Shown piece by piece: positions 9,307-19,337 of a stretch of 32,000 nt of DNA. The position numbers were made by a program, and so were the translations under genes. Origin of the DNA: Idiomarina loihiensis L2TR. GTDB taxonomy: Bacteria > Pseudomonadota > Gammaproteobacteria > Enterobacterales > Alteromonadaceae. The DNA lies in NCBI RefSeq assembly GCF_000008465.1, contig NC_006512.1, positions 1,890,001 to 1,922,000 on the forward strand, in the 5' to 3' direction. How positions within the stretch are numbered: position 1 is the stretch's first letter; every line of letters begins with the position of its first letter. Under the pieces are notes generated by a model. It searched no databases, was not told the DNA's origin, and saw nothing but the letters and a program-made list of their open reading frames with translations.

Positions 9307-11811
9307 TCAGGCCAGCTTACGTATAAGCTGCGCCGTATTTCTCTGAATGAGCCGGTGGCAGGATAAACGACCTAAAACAGCCACCACAACAGCACCAAAT
9401 ACCGGTCCTAACAACCAAAGTTTCCAATGAATCACTGGCGTCATATTGAATACCTGGTTTTGCAATATAAATAGCGAGACTTCCATGGCTAAGGTTGCTA
9501 TTAGCCCGCTAATTGCCCCAAGCACCAGAAACTCATAAGTAATACTGCGACTCAATAATTTACCCGGCGCTCCCAGGGTTCGTAAAATCACCAGTTCCTT
9601 CTGCCGTTCTTCCATACTGGCCTGCACCTGCGCAACCAACACTAAAGCTCCGGCAATAATGACCAGCACTAATACAAAAACAATGGCTAAACTGACCTGT
9701 CCAATCACTTCCCGAATCTGATTGATCATAGCGTCCAGATCAATCAACGACGTCTGCGGAAAAGGTTTAAACAATTGGTACAATTCATCTTTTCGGTCTT
9801 CACCCAGTCTAAAACTGGTGATGTAAGTTGCCGGAAAATCTTCCAGTGTCGAGGTATTAAAGATCATGTAAAAGTTTGGCTGCAGGGTATTCCAGTCGGC
9901 TTTACGCAAACTGGTTACTGGCACAGTGAACTCTTCGCCACCTAAGTTAAAGCGTAGTTCATCACCCACTTTTATATCCAGTCGTTCGGAGACATTTAAT
10001 TCGACAGAGACCTGAGGTTCAGCGTTGTCGCCCCACCACTCTCCAGCAGTAAGTTCGTTGTTAGGTGGCAAGGTGTCTCGCCAGGTCAGTGAAAGCTCTC
10101 TTCCTATACCTTCGCGGCCTTCAGCATCATCGTCATCACGATCTTCCTTGGTGACTTCGTCTAGCAGCTTCTCGCCATTAATATGGGTTAAGCGCCCAGG
10201 TACAATGGGGTACAGATCCGTCGACGGAATGTTCTCTCGCTCAAACATGGTCTGCATGTCATCAACTTTGTCTTCGGCTATATTGATGGCGAAATAGTTT
10301 GGCGCATCCGCTGGTAACTGACTTTTCCAGTCTTCCAGTAAGTCGTTACGCAAAACAATAACGAGCAACAACAGCATAATGGCGGTTGAAAAACTCAGCA
10401 TTTGAACACTGTTGGCGGCTGCTCTTCTTTGTAAGCCCGCCATAGCCAGGCGCCAGCTACTGCCTGCTTGCATACCCGCCTTACGGCTGGCAGAAATAAA
10501 CAGCCGGCCTAATCCAAGCAGCAGCACAGCGGCGACTGCACCGCCTGCAAATAAGGCTGTCGATAACCACCACTGCTGGCTGTAAATAACCAGCAATGCG
10601 TAAATGGTTCCGCCACTTAGTACCCATTGTAGCCAGCGTACCGCGTTACCCGCCGTTAACTGACGGTGCAGCACGCGCAGCGGCGGAATAGAGACCAGTC
10701 GGAATAACGGATACAGTGTAAACATAACGGCACTGATAACACCGGTGGCTCCGGCTAAAACATAAGGCTGCCAGCCCGCCTGAGGTAAAGTCGCATCCAG
10801 TTTCTGTGCGACCCACTCAATAACCAGATACTGAAGAGCCCAGCCAAGCGCCATACCGATGGCCACACTCGCAGCGGTTAATAGCAACAGGTGCAGCATA
10901 AAAATACGACGGATTTGCTGACGACTGGCACCTAAGGTCTTGAATATGGCGACCACATCGTAATTTCGTTGGCAATAACGCTGTGCTGCAACCGCAACAG
11001 CTGTTGCAGCCAGAACCACACCAAGTAAGCTTGCGAGCATCATAAAGCGCTCGGCACGATTCAGCGACCGTGACAACGGACTGTCGCCATCTTCAATACT
11101 ACGCCAGCTGTGCGTATCGTCATTCAGGCGTGGTAACAGCCATTCTTCGTAAGCATCAATATCACTGTTATTACCAGCCATCAGCACATTAAAACGAACC
11201 CGGCTGCCGGGTTGAATCAGACCGGTTTCTTCCAGCTGCGAATGGCGAATCAATACGTTAGGACTGTCGGTAAAAACTGAAAAGCCAACGTCAGGCTCGT
11301 AAGTAACCACCTTAGTGACTTTAAAGCTACTATTGCCCACTTCAATATCATCGCCAATATCTAATTGCAGCGCCTGAAACAGCTGCGATGCCACCCAGGC
11401 TTCACCTTCTGCGGGGAGCCCCTTGGCAACGTAACCTTGTCCAAAAGGTTGATCCGCTATTTCCAGCTCACCGCGCAGAGGATAACCGTCACTCACCGCT
11501 TTAACATCCACCAGGGTCATGTTTCCGTCAGCAAAAGCCATGGAATTGAAAACCACTTTCCAGGCGGTTTTCAAGTTCATTTGCCCGGCTTGCTCAAGCC
11601 ACTCCTGCGGAATATCGCGTCTGGAACTTAGTACTCTGTCGGCAGCCAGAAACTCACTGCTACGTTCAGTTAATCCTGCTTGCAGACGATCACTGAAAAT
11701 AGACAACGAAAGCACTGCGGTCACCGACAAAATAATAGCCAGTGCCATAATGGTCAGTTCACCGCGCCTCAGCTCCTGCTTTAACAGACGAAATGAAATC
11801 TTATGCCACAT
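9307..11811 (-). CDS. ybbP: ABC transporter permease, FtsX-type (YbbP family)
   Basis: The large ORF has two FtsX-like 4-TM modules separated by soluble domains. I place the start at Met35 of the track ORF (ATGTGGCATAAG at 11800-11811). That start overlaps the ybbA stop by 11 nt, as is typical for ybbA-ybbP. Confidence 0.85.
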   Translation of the reverse strand: MWHKISFRLLKQELRRGELTIMALAIILSVTAVLSLSIFSDRLQAGLTERSSEFLAADRVLSSRRDIPQEWLEQAGQMNLKTAWKVVFNSMAFADGNMTLVDVKAVSDGYPLRGELEIADQPFGQGYVAKGLPAEGEAWVASQLFQALQLDIGDDIEVGNSSFKVTKVVTYEPDVGFSVFTDSPNVLIRHSQLEETGLIQPGSRVRFNVLMAGNNSDIDAYEEWLLPRLNDDTHSWRSIEDGDSPLSRSLNRAERFMMLASLLGVVLAATAVAVAAQRYCQRNYDVVAIFKTLGASRQQIRRIFMLHLLLLTAASVAIGMALGWALQYLVIEWVAQKLDATLPQAGWQPYVLAGATGVISAVMFTLYPLFRLVSIPPLRVLHRQLTAGNAVRWLQWVLSGGTIYALLVIYSQQWWLSTALFAGGAVAAVLLLGLGRLFISASRKAGMQAGSSWRLAMAGLQRRAAANSVQMLSFSTAIMLLLLVIVLRNDLLEDWKSQLPADAPNYFAINIAEDKVDDMQTMFERENIPSTDLYPIVPGRLTHINGEKLLDEVTKEDRDDDDAEGREGIGRELSLTWRDTLPPNNELTAGEWWGDNAEPQVSVELNVSERLDIKVGDELRFNLGGEEFTVPVTSLRKADWNTLQPNFYMIFNTSTLEDFPATYITSFRLGEDRKDELYQLFKPFPQTSLIDLDAMINQIREVIGQVSLAIVFVLVLVIIAGALVLVAQVQASMEERQKELVILRTLGAPGKLLSRSITYEFLVLGAISGLIATLAMEVSLFILQNQVFNMTPVIHWKLWLLGPVFGAVVVAVLGRLSCHRLIQRNTAQLIRKLA

Positions 11812-12481
11812 CCTGATCTGCCTCCGATAGCTGGCCTGCTTCCATTTGCAACACGCGCTGACAACGCGCAGCAAGTCGCTGATCATGAGTGACCACAACA
11901 AGTGTGGTGCCATAATCCTTATTCAAGTCAAATAGCAGCTCTTCAACCTTGCCGCCGGTTTTTGCATCAAGGTTACCGGTAGGTTCATCAGCAAACAGAA
12001 TTTTGGGTTGTCCAACAAAAGCCCGAGCAATAGCTACGCGTTGCTGCTCACCGCCAGACAGTTGGTTAGGATAATGGTGCCAGCGATCTTCCAGCCCAAC
12101 CTTCGCCAGTAATTCTCTGGCTTCTTTCTCTGCGCCTTTATGTCCGGCCAGTTCTGCCGGCAGCATAACGTTCTCTAAGGCACTTAAGCTAGGTACCAGC
12201 AGGAACGACTGAAAAATGAAGCCGACTTTGTCAGCACGAACTTTTGCGCGCTGCTCCTCATCCAATTCGCTTAATTTTTCGTTCTCTATAAGAACCTCTC
12301 CGGAGGATGCGAGGTCTAAACCCGCCAGTAGTGACAATAACGTCGACTTACCTGAGCCGGAAGCGCCGACAATGGCTACGGTGTCACCGGCATTGATACT
12401 GACGTTAATTGGCTGCAGAATCTGTAATGGACCCTCAGAGGTGTCTACGGTTTTTTCCAGTTGTTGAGCTTGAATGAGCAT
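11801..12481 (-). CDS. ybbA: ABC transporter ATP-binding protein (YbbA/LolD-like)
   Basis: The 226-aa ORF has Walker A (GASGSGKST), the ABC signature (LSGGEQQR) and Walker B (ILFADEPT). Confidence 0.9.
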   Translation of the reverse strand: MLIQAQQLEKTVDTSEGPLQILQPINVSINAGDTVAIVGASGSGKSTLLSLLAGLDLASSGEVLIENEKLSELDEEQRAKVRADKVGFIFQSFLLVPSLSALENVMLPAELAGHKGAEKEARELLAKVGLEDRWHHYPNQLSGGEQQRVAIARAFVGQPKILFADEPTGNLDAKTGGKVEELLFDLNKDYGTTLVVVTHDQRLAARCQRVLQMEAGQLSEADQDVA

Positions 12482-12484
12482 AAA

Positions 12485-13102
12485 ATGAAAAACTTCCTTT
12501 TGAAAACGTGTTTATTTTTAGCGCTGTTGTTGGTTATACGCAGCGTTTCCGCAAATGTCTCACTTGTCGTTTTAGGTGACAGCTTAAGCGCCGGTTATGG
12601 GCTTTCTCAGGAACAAACCTGGGTTGCCGAGTTAGATCGACGCTGGGAGAGCTCTCATCCCGATATTAACATCATTAACGCCAGCATTAGTGGCGAGACC
12701 ACTCGTGGTGGTTTGCGCCGCTTAGAAGGCGTTTTAGAGCGTCATAAACCCGACGCATTATTTATTGAGCTGGGTGGTAATGACGGACTTCGTGGGTTCG
12801 ACCTAAACACAGTTCGTTCAAATTTGAAACAAATCATCGACCAGGCGCAGCAACAAGGCGTTAAAGTCGGTTTGAGTCAGGTTATGGTGCCACCAAACTA
12901 TGGCCAGCGTTTTGCTGAACAGTTCCAGAAAATGTTTGAGGAAGTTGCAGAAGAAAAAAATGTGACACTCATACCTTTCTTTATGGAAGAAATAGCAACA
13001 AATGCGGATTATGTGCAGGATGATGGCATTCACCCCACCGCGGAAGCCCAGCCAAAGATAGCTGATTTTCTGGAACCTTATTTACTGAAGTTGGCCCAGT
13101 AG
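12485..13102 (+). CDS. tesA: SGNH/GDSL arylesterase / acyl-CoA thioesterase I
   Basis: The ORF has a signal peptide followed by a GDSLSAGYG block, a GGNDG block and a DGIHP block. It is divergent from ybbA as in E. coli. I prefer the ATG at 12485 over the TTG at 12461. Confidence 0.85.
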   Translation: MKNFLLKTCLFLALLLVIRSVSANVSLVVLGDSLSAGYGLSQEQTWVAELDRRWESSHPDINIINASISGETTRGGLRRLEGVLERHKPDALFIELGGNDGLRGFDLNTVRSNLKQIIDQAQQQGVKVGLSQVMVPPNYGQRFAEQFQKMFEEVAEEKNVTLIPFFMEEIATNADYVQDDGIHPTAEAQPKIADFLEPYLLKLAQ

Positions 13103-13115
13103 CGAAAGCCAGAAA

Positions 13116-13139
13116 CAAAAAAACCGCCTGCGGGCGGTT
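13116..13139. terminator. Rho-independent terminator, bidirectional
   Basis: The stem is aaccgcc (13122-13128) / ggcggtt (13133-13139) with loop tgcg. The A7 tract upstream reads as a U-tract on the minus strand, so it should terminate the tRNA operon. It also lies just after the tesA stop. Confidence 0.7.
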
Positions 13140-13147
13140 GATTTAAG

Positions 13148-13223
13148 TGGCGTCCCCTAGGGGATTTGAACCCCTGTTACCGCCGTGAAAGGGCGGTGTC
13201 CTAGGCCACTAGACGAAGGGGAC
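13148..13223 (-). tRNA. tRNA-Glu (UUC), copy 1 (D-loop variant)
   Basis: The reverse complement reads GTCCCCTTCGTCTAGTGGCCTAGGACACCGCCCTTTCACGGCGG...GGGGACGCCA, close to E. coli tRNA-Glu. The anticodon loop is CTTTCAC and the CCA end is encoded. Confidence 0.93.
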
Positions 13224-13258
13224 CCATGGAACTTAATTTAATATATGCAGAAAAGTAA

Positions 13259-13334
13259 TGGCGTCCCCTAGGGGATTTGAACCCCTGTTACCGCCGTGAA
13301 AGGGCGGTGTCCTGGACCACTAGACGAAGGGGAC
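13259..13334 (-). tRNA. tRNA-Glu (UUC), copy 2
   Basis: It is the same 76-nt gene as copy 1 except in the D-loop (GGTCCAGG versus GGCCTAGG). Confidence 0.93.
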
Positions 13335-13366
13335 GCAGAAATTACTTTTTACATTTTGTATTTGAA

Positions 13367-13442
13367 TGGCGTCCCCTAGGGGATTTGAACCCCTGTTACC
13401 GCCGTGAAAGGGCGGTGTCCTGGACCACTAGACGAAGGGGAC
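13367..13442 (-). tRNA. tRNA-Glu (UUC), copy 3
   Basis: It is identical to copy 2. Confidence 0.93.
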
Positions 13443-13489
13443 GCAACAACCAAATACTTACTGCCAAATAATGCTTTACCAAAACAACT

Positions 13490-13565
<76 letters not shown>

Positions 13566-13603
13566 GCACCTGACAGTCGCAGACTGCCTTGACAGCGGGG
13601 CGC

Positions 13604-13633
13604 ATTCTATTGTGACCTGAGCTAATGTGTCAA
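13604..13633 (-). promoter_or_regulatory. Sigma70-type promoter of the tRNA Ala-Glu-Glu-Glu operon
   Basis: On the minus strand there is TTGACA (13628-13633), an 18-nt spacer and TAGAAT (13604-13609). A GC-rich discriminator (GCGCCCCGC) follows, typical of stringently controlled stable-RNA promoters. The promoter lies about 40 nt upstream of tRNA-Ala. Confidence 0.55.
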
Positions 13634-13706
13634 CTATTTTTTCTAAAAATACTTCTGTTTGAGCGTTTTTATGGCAGTTTGCTCAGTAATTCATCAAATC
13701 TTGACT

Positions 13707-14357
13707 TTAACCGCCTTTCGGCAACTTTTGGTGGTAAACGTGGTACACCTGCTCCATGCCTTCCCGGCTTGAAACCGATACATTCATATCATTAACCAAA
13801 CCATTATCTAAACGATAGACCCAACCGTGTATTGTCAGTGACTCACCTTTGTCCCAGGCTTCCTGCACCATATTGGTTTTGGCCAGGTTTTTAACCTGTT
13901 CAATCACGTTCAGTTCACACAAACGATCAATCTGCTCGGTCTCGCCCAGTTGCTCTAACTCTTCGGCATGCTCGCGGTACACATCACGAATTGGATACAA
14001 CCAGTGATCAACCAGCCCGTGAGGTTTACTCTCAAGTGCCGCTTTTACACCCCCACAACCGTAATGACCCACCACAAGGATATGCCGAACTTTCAACGCT
14101 TCAATGGCAAACTGAATAACCGACAAGCAGTTAAAATCAGTCTGGATGACTTGATTGGCGACATTTCTGTGTACAAACAATTCACCCGGAGCCATCCCCA
14201 CAATCTCGTTCGCCGGCACCCGACTATCGGAACAGCCTATCCATAGATATTGCGGGGATTGCTGCCCTACTAAGCGTTTGAAAAAATCAGGATCGTTCTT
14301 TACCTGTTGCTCCGCCCACTCTTTGTTGTTTGCAATCAAATGTTTTATATCTGCCAT
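13707..14357 (-). CDS. can: Beta-class carbonic anhydrase
   Basis: The 216-aa ORF has CSDSRV and HYGCGG zinc-ligand motifs. Overall it resembles E. coli Can/CynT. Confidence 0.9.
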   Translation of the reverse strand: MADIKHLIANNKEWAEQQVKNDPDFFKRLVGQQSPQYLWIGCSDSRVPANEIVGMAPGELFVHRNVANQVIQTDFNCLSVIQFAIEALKVRHILVVGHYGCGGVKAALESKPHGLVDHWLYPIRDVYREHAEELEQLGETEQIDRLCELNVIEQVKNLAKTNMVQEAWDKGESLTIHGWVYRLDNGLVNDMNVSVSSREGMEQVYHVYHQKLPKGG

Positions 14358-14378
14358 TACTCATCCCATCGTGGCGGT

Positions 14379-14413
14379 CGCCTGGCGTTATCAGGCCAGG
14401 CGTAATTTTTATT
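14379..14413 (+). terminator. Terminator-like hairpin whose U-tract is on the plus strand
   Basis: An 8-bp GC-rich stem, cgcctggc (14379-14386) / gccaggcg (14395-14402), is followed by TAATTTTTATT on the plus strand. Both neighbouring genes are on the minus strand. Confidence 0.45.
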
Positions 14414-14422
14414 AGCATCAAA

Positions 14423-15829
14423 TTACGCGTTTTCGCGGTTAGCAATAAATTCCAACGCCAGGTCTATACGTGCCAGAACGGTCTGCTGCGGAATTAATTC
14501 CAGAGTCACATCTAATGATGGAGAGTTGCCCCCACCCGTCGCGGCAACACGCAGTGGCATGCCCACTTTGCCCATACCAACATCCAAATCGGCAGCTGTC
14601 TGGTTAATTGCCGCCTGAATATTAGCAGCATTCCAGTCACTAATTGCTCCGAGCAGTTCTTTGGCTTTTACCAGCGGCTCTTTGGCTACCGGGCGTAAAT
14701 GTTTTTTCGCCGCTTTTTCGTCAAACTCATCGAATGACTCAAAGAAGTAACGGCTAATGGCAGCCATTTCTTTTAAGGTTTTTACCCGATCAGCCTGCAA
14801 CGACACAACTTGCTCTAGCGCTGGACCATTACTGGTGTCCACACCTATTTGGTCAAACTGCCATTGCAATTGCGGTGCAACTTGCTCCGCAGGCAAGGTT
14901 TTCATGTAGTGCTGGTTTAGCCAGTTAAGTTTTTCGGTATTAAACGCAGAGGCTGCTTTATTCACGTCATCCAGCTTGAAGTACTCCACCAGTTCATCGC
15001 GGCTGAATATTTCCTGATCACCATGAGACCAGCCTAAACGCGCTAAGTAATTTACAACCGCTTCCGGTACGTAGCCGTCGTCGCGGTATTGCATAACGCT
15101 GACTGCACCATGACGCTTCGACAGCTTCTTACCATCGTCACCTAAAATCATCGACACGTGAGCGTACTGAGGTACTGGTGCACCCAGAGCTTTCAGAATA
15201 TTAATTTGACGCGGGGTATTATTAATGTGGTCTTCACCACGCACCACGTGCGTAATATCCATGTCCCAGTCATCAACCACCACACAGAAGTTATAAGTCG
15301 GCGTACCGTCAGTACGGGCAATGATCAAATCATCCAGTTCAGTATTAGCGAACTCAATGCGCCCGCGAATGTGATCATCAAAAACCACACTGCCGTCTTG
15401 CGGGTTACGAAAACGAATGACGTACTTATCACCGCCAACATTCGGGTTGTCCCGACAATGGCCATCGTAGCGAGGCTTTTCACCGGCAGCCATTTGCTCT
15501 TCACGCATTTTTTCTAAGCGTTCGGTTGAGCAATAGCATTTATAGGCTTTGTCTTCTTCCAGTAATTTGTCGATTAACTCCTGATAGCGCTCAAAACGCT
15601 GAGTCTGGTAATAAGGCCCGCGATCCCAGCTTAAACCTAACCATTCCATGCCCTCTAAAATGGCATCAATAGCAGGCTGAGTTGAACGTTCACGGTCCGT
15701 ATCTTCTATACGCAGTACGAACTCGCCGCCCTGCGCTTTTGCGACTAACCATGAATACAATGCCGTACGGGCACCACCAACATGCAAATACCCAGTCGGG
15801 CTGGGGGCAAAACGCGTTACCACACTCAT
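14423..15829 (-). CDS. gltX: Glutamyl-tRNA synthetase
   Basis: The 468-aa ORF has the class I HIGH-type motif ([12 protein letters not shown]) and KMSKS-type motif (KLSKR). It lies next to the tRNA-Val genes as in E. coli. Confidence 0.95.
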   Translation of the reverse strand: MSVVTRFAPSPTGYLHVGGARTALYSWLVAKAQGGEFVLRIEDTDRERSTQPAIDAILEGMEWLGLSWDRGPYYQTQRFERYQELIDKLLEEDKAYKCYCSTERLEKMREEQMAAGEKPRYDGHCRDNPNVGGDKYVIRFRNPQDGSVVFDDHIRGRIEFANTELDDLIIARTDGTPTYNFCVVVDDWDMDITHVVRGEDHINNTPRQINILKALGAPVPQYAHVSMILGDDGKKLSKRHGAVSVMQYRDDGYVPEAVVNYLARLGWSHGDQEIFSRDELVEYFKLDDVNKAASAFNTEKLNWLNQHYMKTLPAEQVAPQLQWQFDQIGVDTSNGPALEQVVSLQADRVKTLKEMAAISRYFFESFDEFDEKAAKKHLRPVAKEPLVKAKELLGAISDWNAANIQAAINQTAADLDVGMGKVGMPLRVAATGGGNSPSLDVTLELIPQQTVLARIDLALEFIANRENA

Positions 15830-15956
15830 GTTTGTTCCTTTCTTTAAAACCAGTCAATTTTATGGGCGCAAGTTTATCAAGACTGAGCGCCTGACGCATC
15901 TGCTATTCGAAATGATTAAAATGTCAGCAAACGAACACAAGTTGGCAATTTTTATT

Positions 15957-15984
15957 TGACAGTTTAGATCTGCGCCCTATAATG
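15957..15984 (+). promoter_or_regulatory. Sigma70 consensus promoter for the tRNA-Val pair
   Basis: TTGACA (15957-15962), a 16-nt spacer and TATAAT (15979-15984) are followed by a GC-rich discriminator (GCCACCTCGC). There is an A/T-rich UP-like region upstream. Confidence 0.65.
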
Positions 15985-16021
15985 CCACCTCGCAACGACG
16001 CAGAAGTGTCACAGTGAAAAT

Positions 16022-16097
16022 GGTTGCTTAGCTCAGTTGGGAGAGCATCGCCCTTACAAGGCGAGGGTCACTGGTTCAAGCCCAGTAGCAACCACCA
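16022..16097 (+). tRNA. tRNA-Val (UAC), copy 1
   Basis: The sequence is GGTTGCTTAGCTCAGTTGGGAGAGCATCGCCCTTACAAGGCGAGGGTCACTGGTTCAAGCCCAGTAGCAACCACCA. It has a cloverleaf, the anticodon loop CTTACAA and an encoded CCA end. Confidence 0.93.
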
Positions 16098-16132
16098 CTT
16101 CTCTTCTTCCGTCAATTGCAGACCTTCAGGAT

Positions 16133-16208
16133 GGTTGCTTAGCTCAGTTGGGAGAGCATCGCCCTTACAAGGCGAGGGTCACTGGTTCGAGCCCAGTAGC
16201 AACCACCA
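16133..16208 (+). tRNA. tRNA-Val (UAC), copy 2
   Basis: It is the same gene with one T-loop difference (TTCGAG versus TTCAAG), and is followed by a T6 tract. Confidence 0.93.
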
Positions 16209-16221
16209 CTTTTTTACTCTC

Positions 16222-17133
16222 TCAGTTCTCTATTTCTCCAGTATTAAATTTTCCTGATAAATTTCCTGATAAATTCCCTGACAAATAGTCTAGTAATACC
16301 CGTACTTTTGGAATCACCTGACGGTTTTCCGGATACAATGCCCATATACCATCATCGGGTTGCCGGTAGTCCGCTAATACTTCCTCTAGCTGCCCGTTAG
16401 CTAATGAGTCCGTTACATAATAGTCCGGCAGCATAGCCAGCCCCAGACCTTTCATAGCGGCGTCACGAAGCGCCAGACCATTGTTGCAATGCAGGTAGGA
16501 TTCCGGACGAACCGTTTCCAGTTTACCCTCAACCTGAAAGCGCCATTGCCTGACCGTTCCGGTAAAACAGCGGTGCGCATCCAGTGCGTTAATATCTTGC
16601 GGCCGACCAAACTCTTCAAAATAAGCAGGAGAGCCGACGACGAAATGTCGGCGCGAGCCTAGTTTTCTGGCCCGTAACCGCGGATTACCCAACTGCCCTA
16701 ATCTAATGGCAACATCGTAACTGCCCTCTATTAAATCGACCTGCTCGTTGGTTAATTGAAAATCCAGCCGGCATTCTGGGTAAATGTGTAAAAAATCATT
16801 CAACAGAGGTGCTATGAAACGCTCACCATAATAGACCGGTGCCGTAATGCGAATCAGCCCCTGCGGCTGCTGCGTTCGCTGCTGAATGGCCTGATCGGCG
16901 TCTCTTAAGCTGGCAACCAAGTGCTGACAATGAGGTAAATAAAGCTTCCCCTCTTCCGTTAAACTGACACTGCGGGTTGAGCGGTACAGCAGTTGCATCT
17001 GCAGCCGGTGCTCAAGCGCTGCTATATTACGGCTAACCTGCGCCACAGATAACCTGAGTTGCCGGGCTGCCGCAGTAAAGCTCTGTTGCTCAGCCACTGC
17101 CGCAAACTCACTGATCCCCTGCCATGGCTTCAT
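16222..17133 (-). CDS. LysR-family transcriptional regulator
   Basis: The 303-aa ORF has an N-terminal wHTH (FTAAARQLRLSVAQVSRNIAALE) and a LysR substrate-binding domain. It is divergent from the formaldehyde-detoxification genes. The last ~20 aa read through the 12-bp tandem repeat. Confidence 0.85.
   Translation of the reverse strand: MKPWQGISEFAAVAEQQSFTAAARQLRLSVAQVSRNIAALEHRLQMQLLYRSTRSVSLTEEGKLYLPHCQHLVASLRDADQAIQQRTQQPQGLIRITAPVYYGERFIAPLLNDFLHIYPECRLDFQLTNEQVDLIEGSYDVAIRLGQLGNPRLRARKLGSRRHFVVGSPAYFEEFGRPQDINALDAHRCFTGTVRQWRFQVEGKLETVRPESYLHCNNGLALRDAAMKGLGLAMLPDYYVTDSLANGQLEEVLADYRQPDDGIWALYPENRQVIPKVRVLLDYLSGNLSGNLSGKFNTGEIEN
16251..16286. repeat. Tandem 12-bp repeat, 3 units
   Basis: The units are ttcctgataaat, ttcctgataaat and tccctgacaaat. 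On the minus strand they encode SGNL-SGNL-SGKF at the C-terminal tail of the LysR ORF. Confidence 0.85.
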
Positions 17134-17146
17134 CTCACACCCATTA

Positions 17147-17160
17147 TTTCATTTATGAAA
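17147..17160. promoter_or_regulatory. Candidate LysR box (T-N11-A dyad)
   Basis: TTTCATTTATGAAA is an imperfect palindrome in the divergent intergenic region, 14 bp upstream of the LysR start. Confidence 0.3.
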
Positions 17161-17255
17161 AAGTAATTTGTAAAAACAGTAGATTACCTGCTAATGAGAA
17201 AAAGTTAAACTTACGCTACGCTTTTACCTAATAAAATGAAAATCCAAGACTATAA

Positions 17256-18382
<1,127 letters not shown>

Positions 18383-18383
<1 letters not shown>

Positions 18384-19231
18384 TGGAGTCTGTAATGAAA
18401 CAAGTTAGCGAAACCCGCTGTTTCGGCGGACGCCAGTTACGCTTTGAACATGACTCTGAAGTACTGAACTGCGCTATGCAGTTCAGTGTCTTTTTGCCCC
18501 TAAGAGCAGAAAAGTCCAAGGTGCCAGCGGTTTATTTTCTCTCCGGCTTAACCTGCACCGACGAAAATTTTTCCACTAAAGCCGGTGCGCAACGGGTAGC
18601 AACGGAGCTCGGTATTGCCTTAATTGTACCGGATACCAGCCCGCGTGGAGATAACGTAGCTGATGATCCAGACGGGGCTTACGACTTAGGCTTAGGCGCC
18701 GGCTTTTACGTCAACGCTACTCAGGAGCCATGGAAAAATCATTATCAGATGTATGACTACATCGTTAAGGAGCTTCCGAAGCTGGTCGAAGCGGAACTGC
18801 CAATTAACGATAAACGCGCTATTGCGGGTCATTCCATGGGTGGCCATGGTGCTTTGGTTATTGGCTTGCGTAACAGCGACCGTTACAGCAGTATCTCTGC
18901 CTTTTCGCCTATTACTAATCCAACACAGTGCCCCTGGGGTGAAAAAGCCTTTAGTGCTTATTTAGGCGATGATCGCGAACAGTGGAAGCAATACGACGCT
19001 GTTGAGATTATTAAATCGAAAGGTCAGACATTGCCAATTCGGGTAGATCAAGGCTTAGCTGATGGCTTTTTAGAAGAACAGCTAAAACCTGAAAACCTGA
19101 AAGAAGCCATTGCTGAAGTAGAGGGTGGTGGCACCGTTCACCTACACGACGGTTACGACCACAGCTACTATTTTATATCCTCGTTTATCGAAGCCCAGCT
19201 TCGCTTCCATGCGAAGTATTTAAACGCGTAA
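18383..19231 (+). CDS. fghA: S-formylglutathione hydrolase (esterase D family)
   Basis: The 282-aa ORF has the GHSMGGHGA nucleophile motif and a YFLSGLTCT block. Its start overlaps the frmA stop (TAATG). Confidence 0.9.
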
Positions 19232-19256
19232 CACGCCGCCGACGTAGCCTGATGAG

Positions 19257-19269
19257 ATGGTCCCCTCCC
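19257..19269. repeat. Left subterminal inverted repeat (sTIR)
   Basis: ATGGTCCCCTCCC lies 9 bp inside the left end. Its perfect reverse complement is at 20616-20628. The copy-2 equivalents are at 30812-30824 and 29453-29465. Confidence 0.85.
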
Positions 19270-19337
19270 TCCTAAGCGGCATCGCAATGTGCCAATATAG
19301 AGGTTCAAGCTTCTATAGAACAGAGTGGAGAGGACCA

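Noticed and set aside
11812-11913. A 34-codon N-terminal extension of the ybbP ORF.
   Set aside because: It would overlap ybbA by more than 100 nt. The internal ATG at 11811 gives the usual short overlap with the ybbA stop and a typical YbbP N-terminus.
13148-13442. A regular array of 76-bp repeats with 32-35-bp spacers that resembles CRISPR periodicity.
   Set aside because: The repeats are complete tRNA-Glu(UUC) genes with cloverleaf structure and CCA ends. There are only three units and no cas genes.
19257-19337. An N-terminal extension of the transposase ORF (MVPSLLSGIAMCQYRGSSFYRTEWRGP).
   Set aside because: Its ATG is part of the subterminal inverted repeat. IS110-family transposases begin near the M..I.(G/A).DL.K motif, and a good GGAGAGG Shine-Dalgarno precedes the ATG at 19338.
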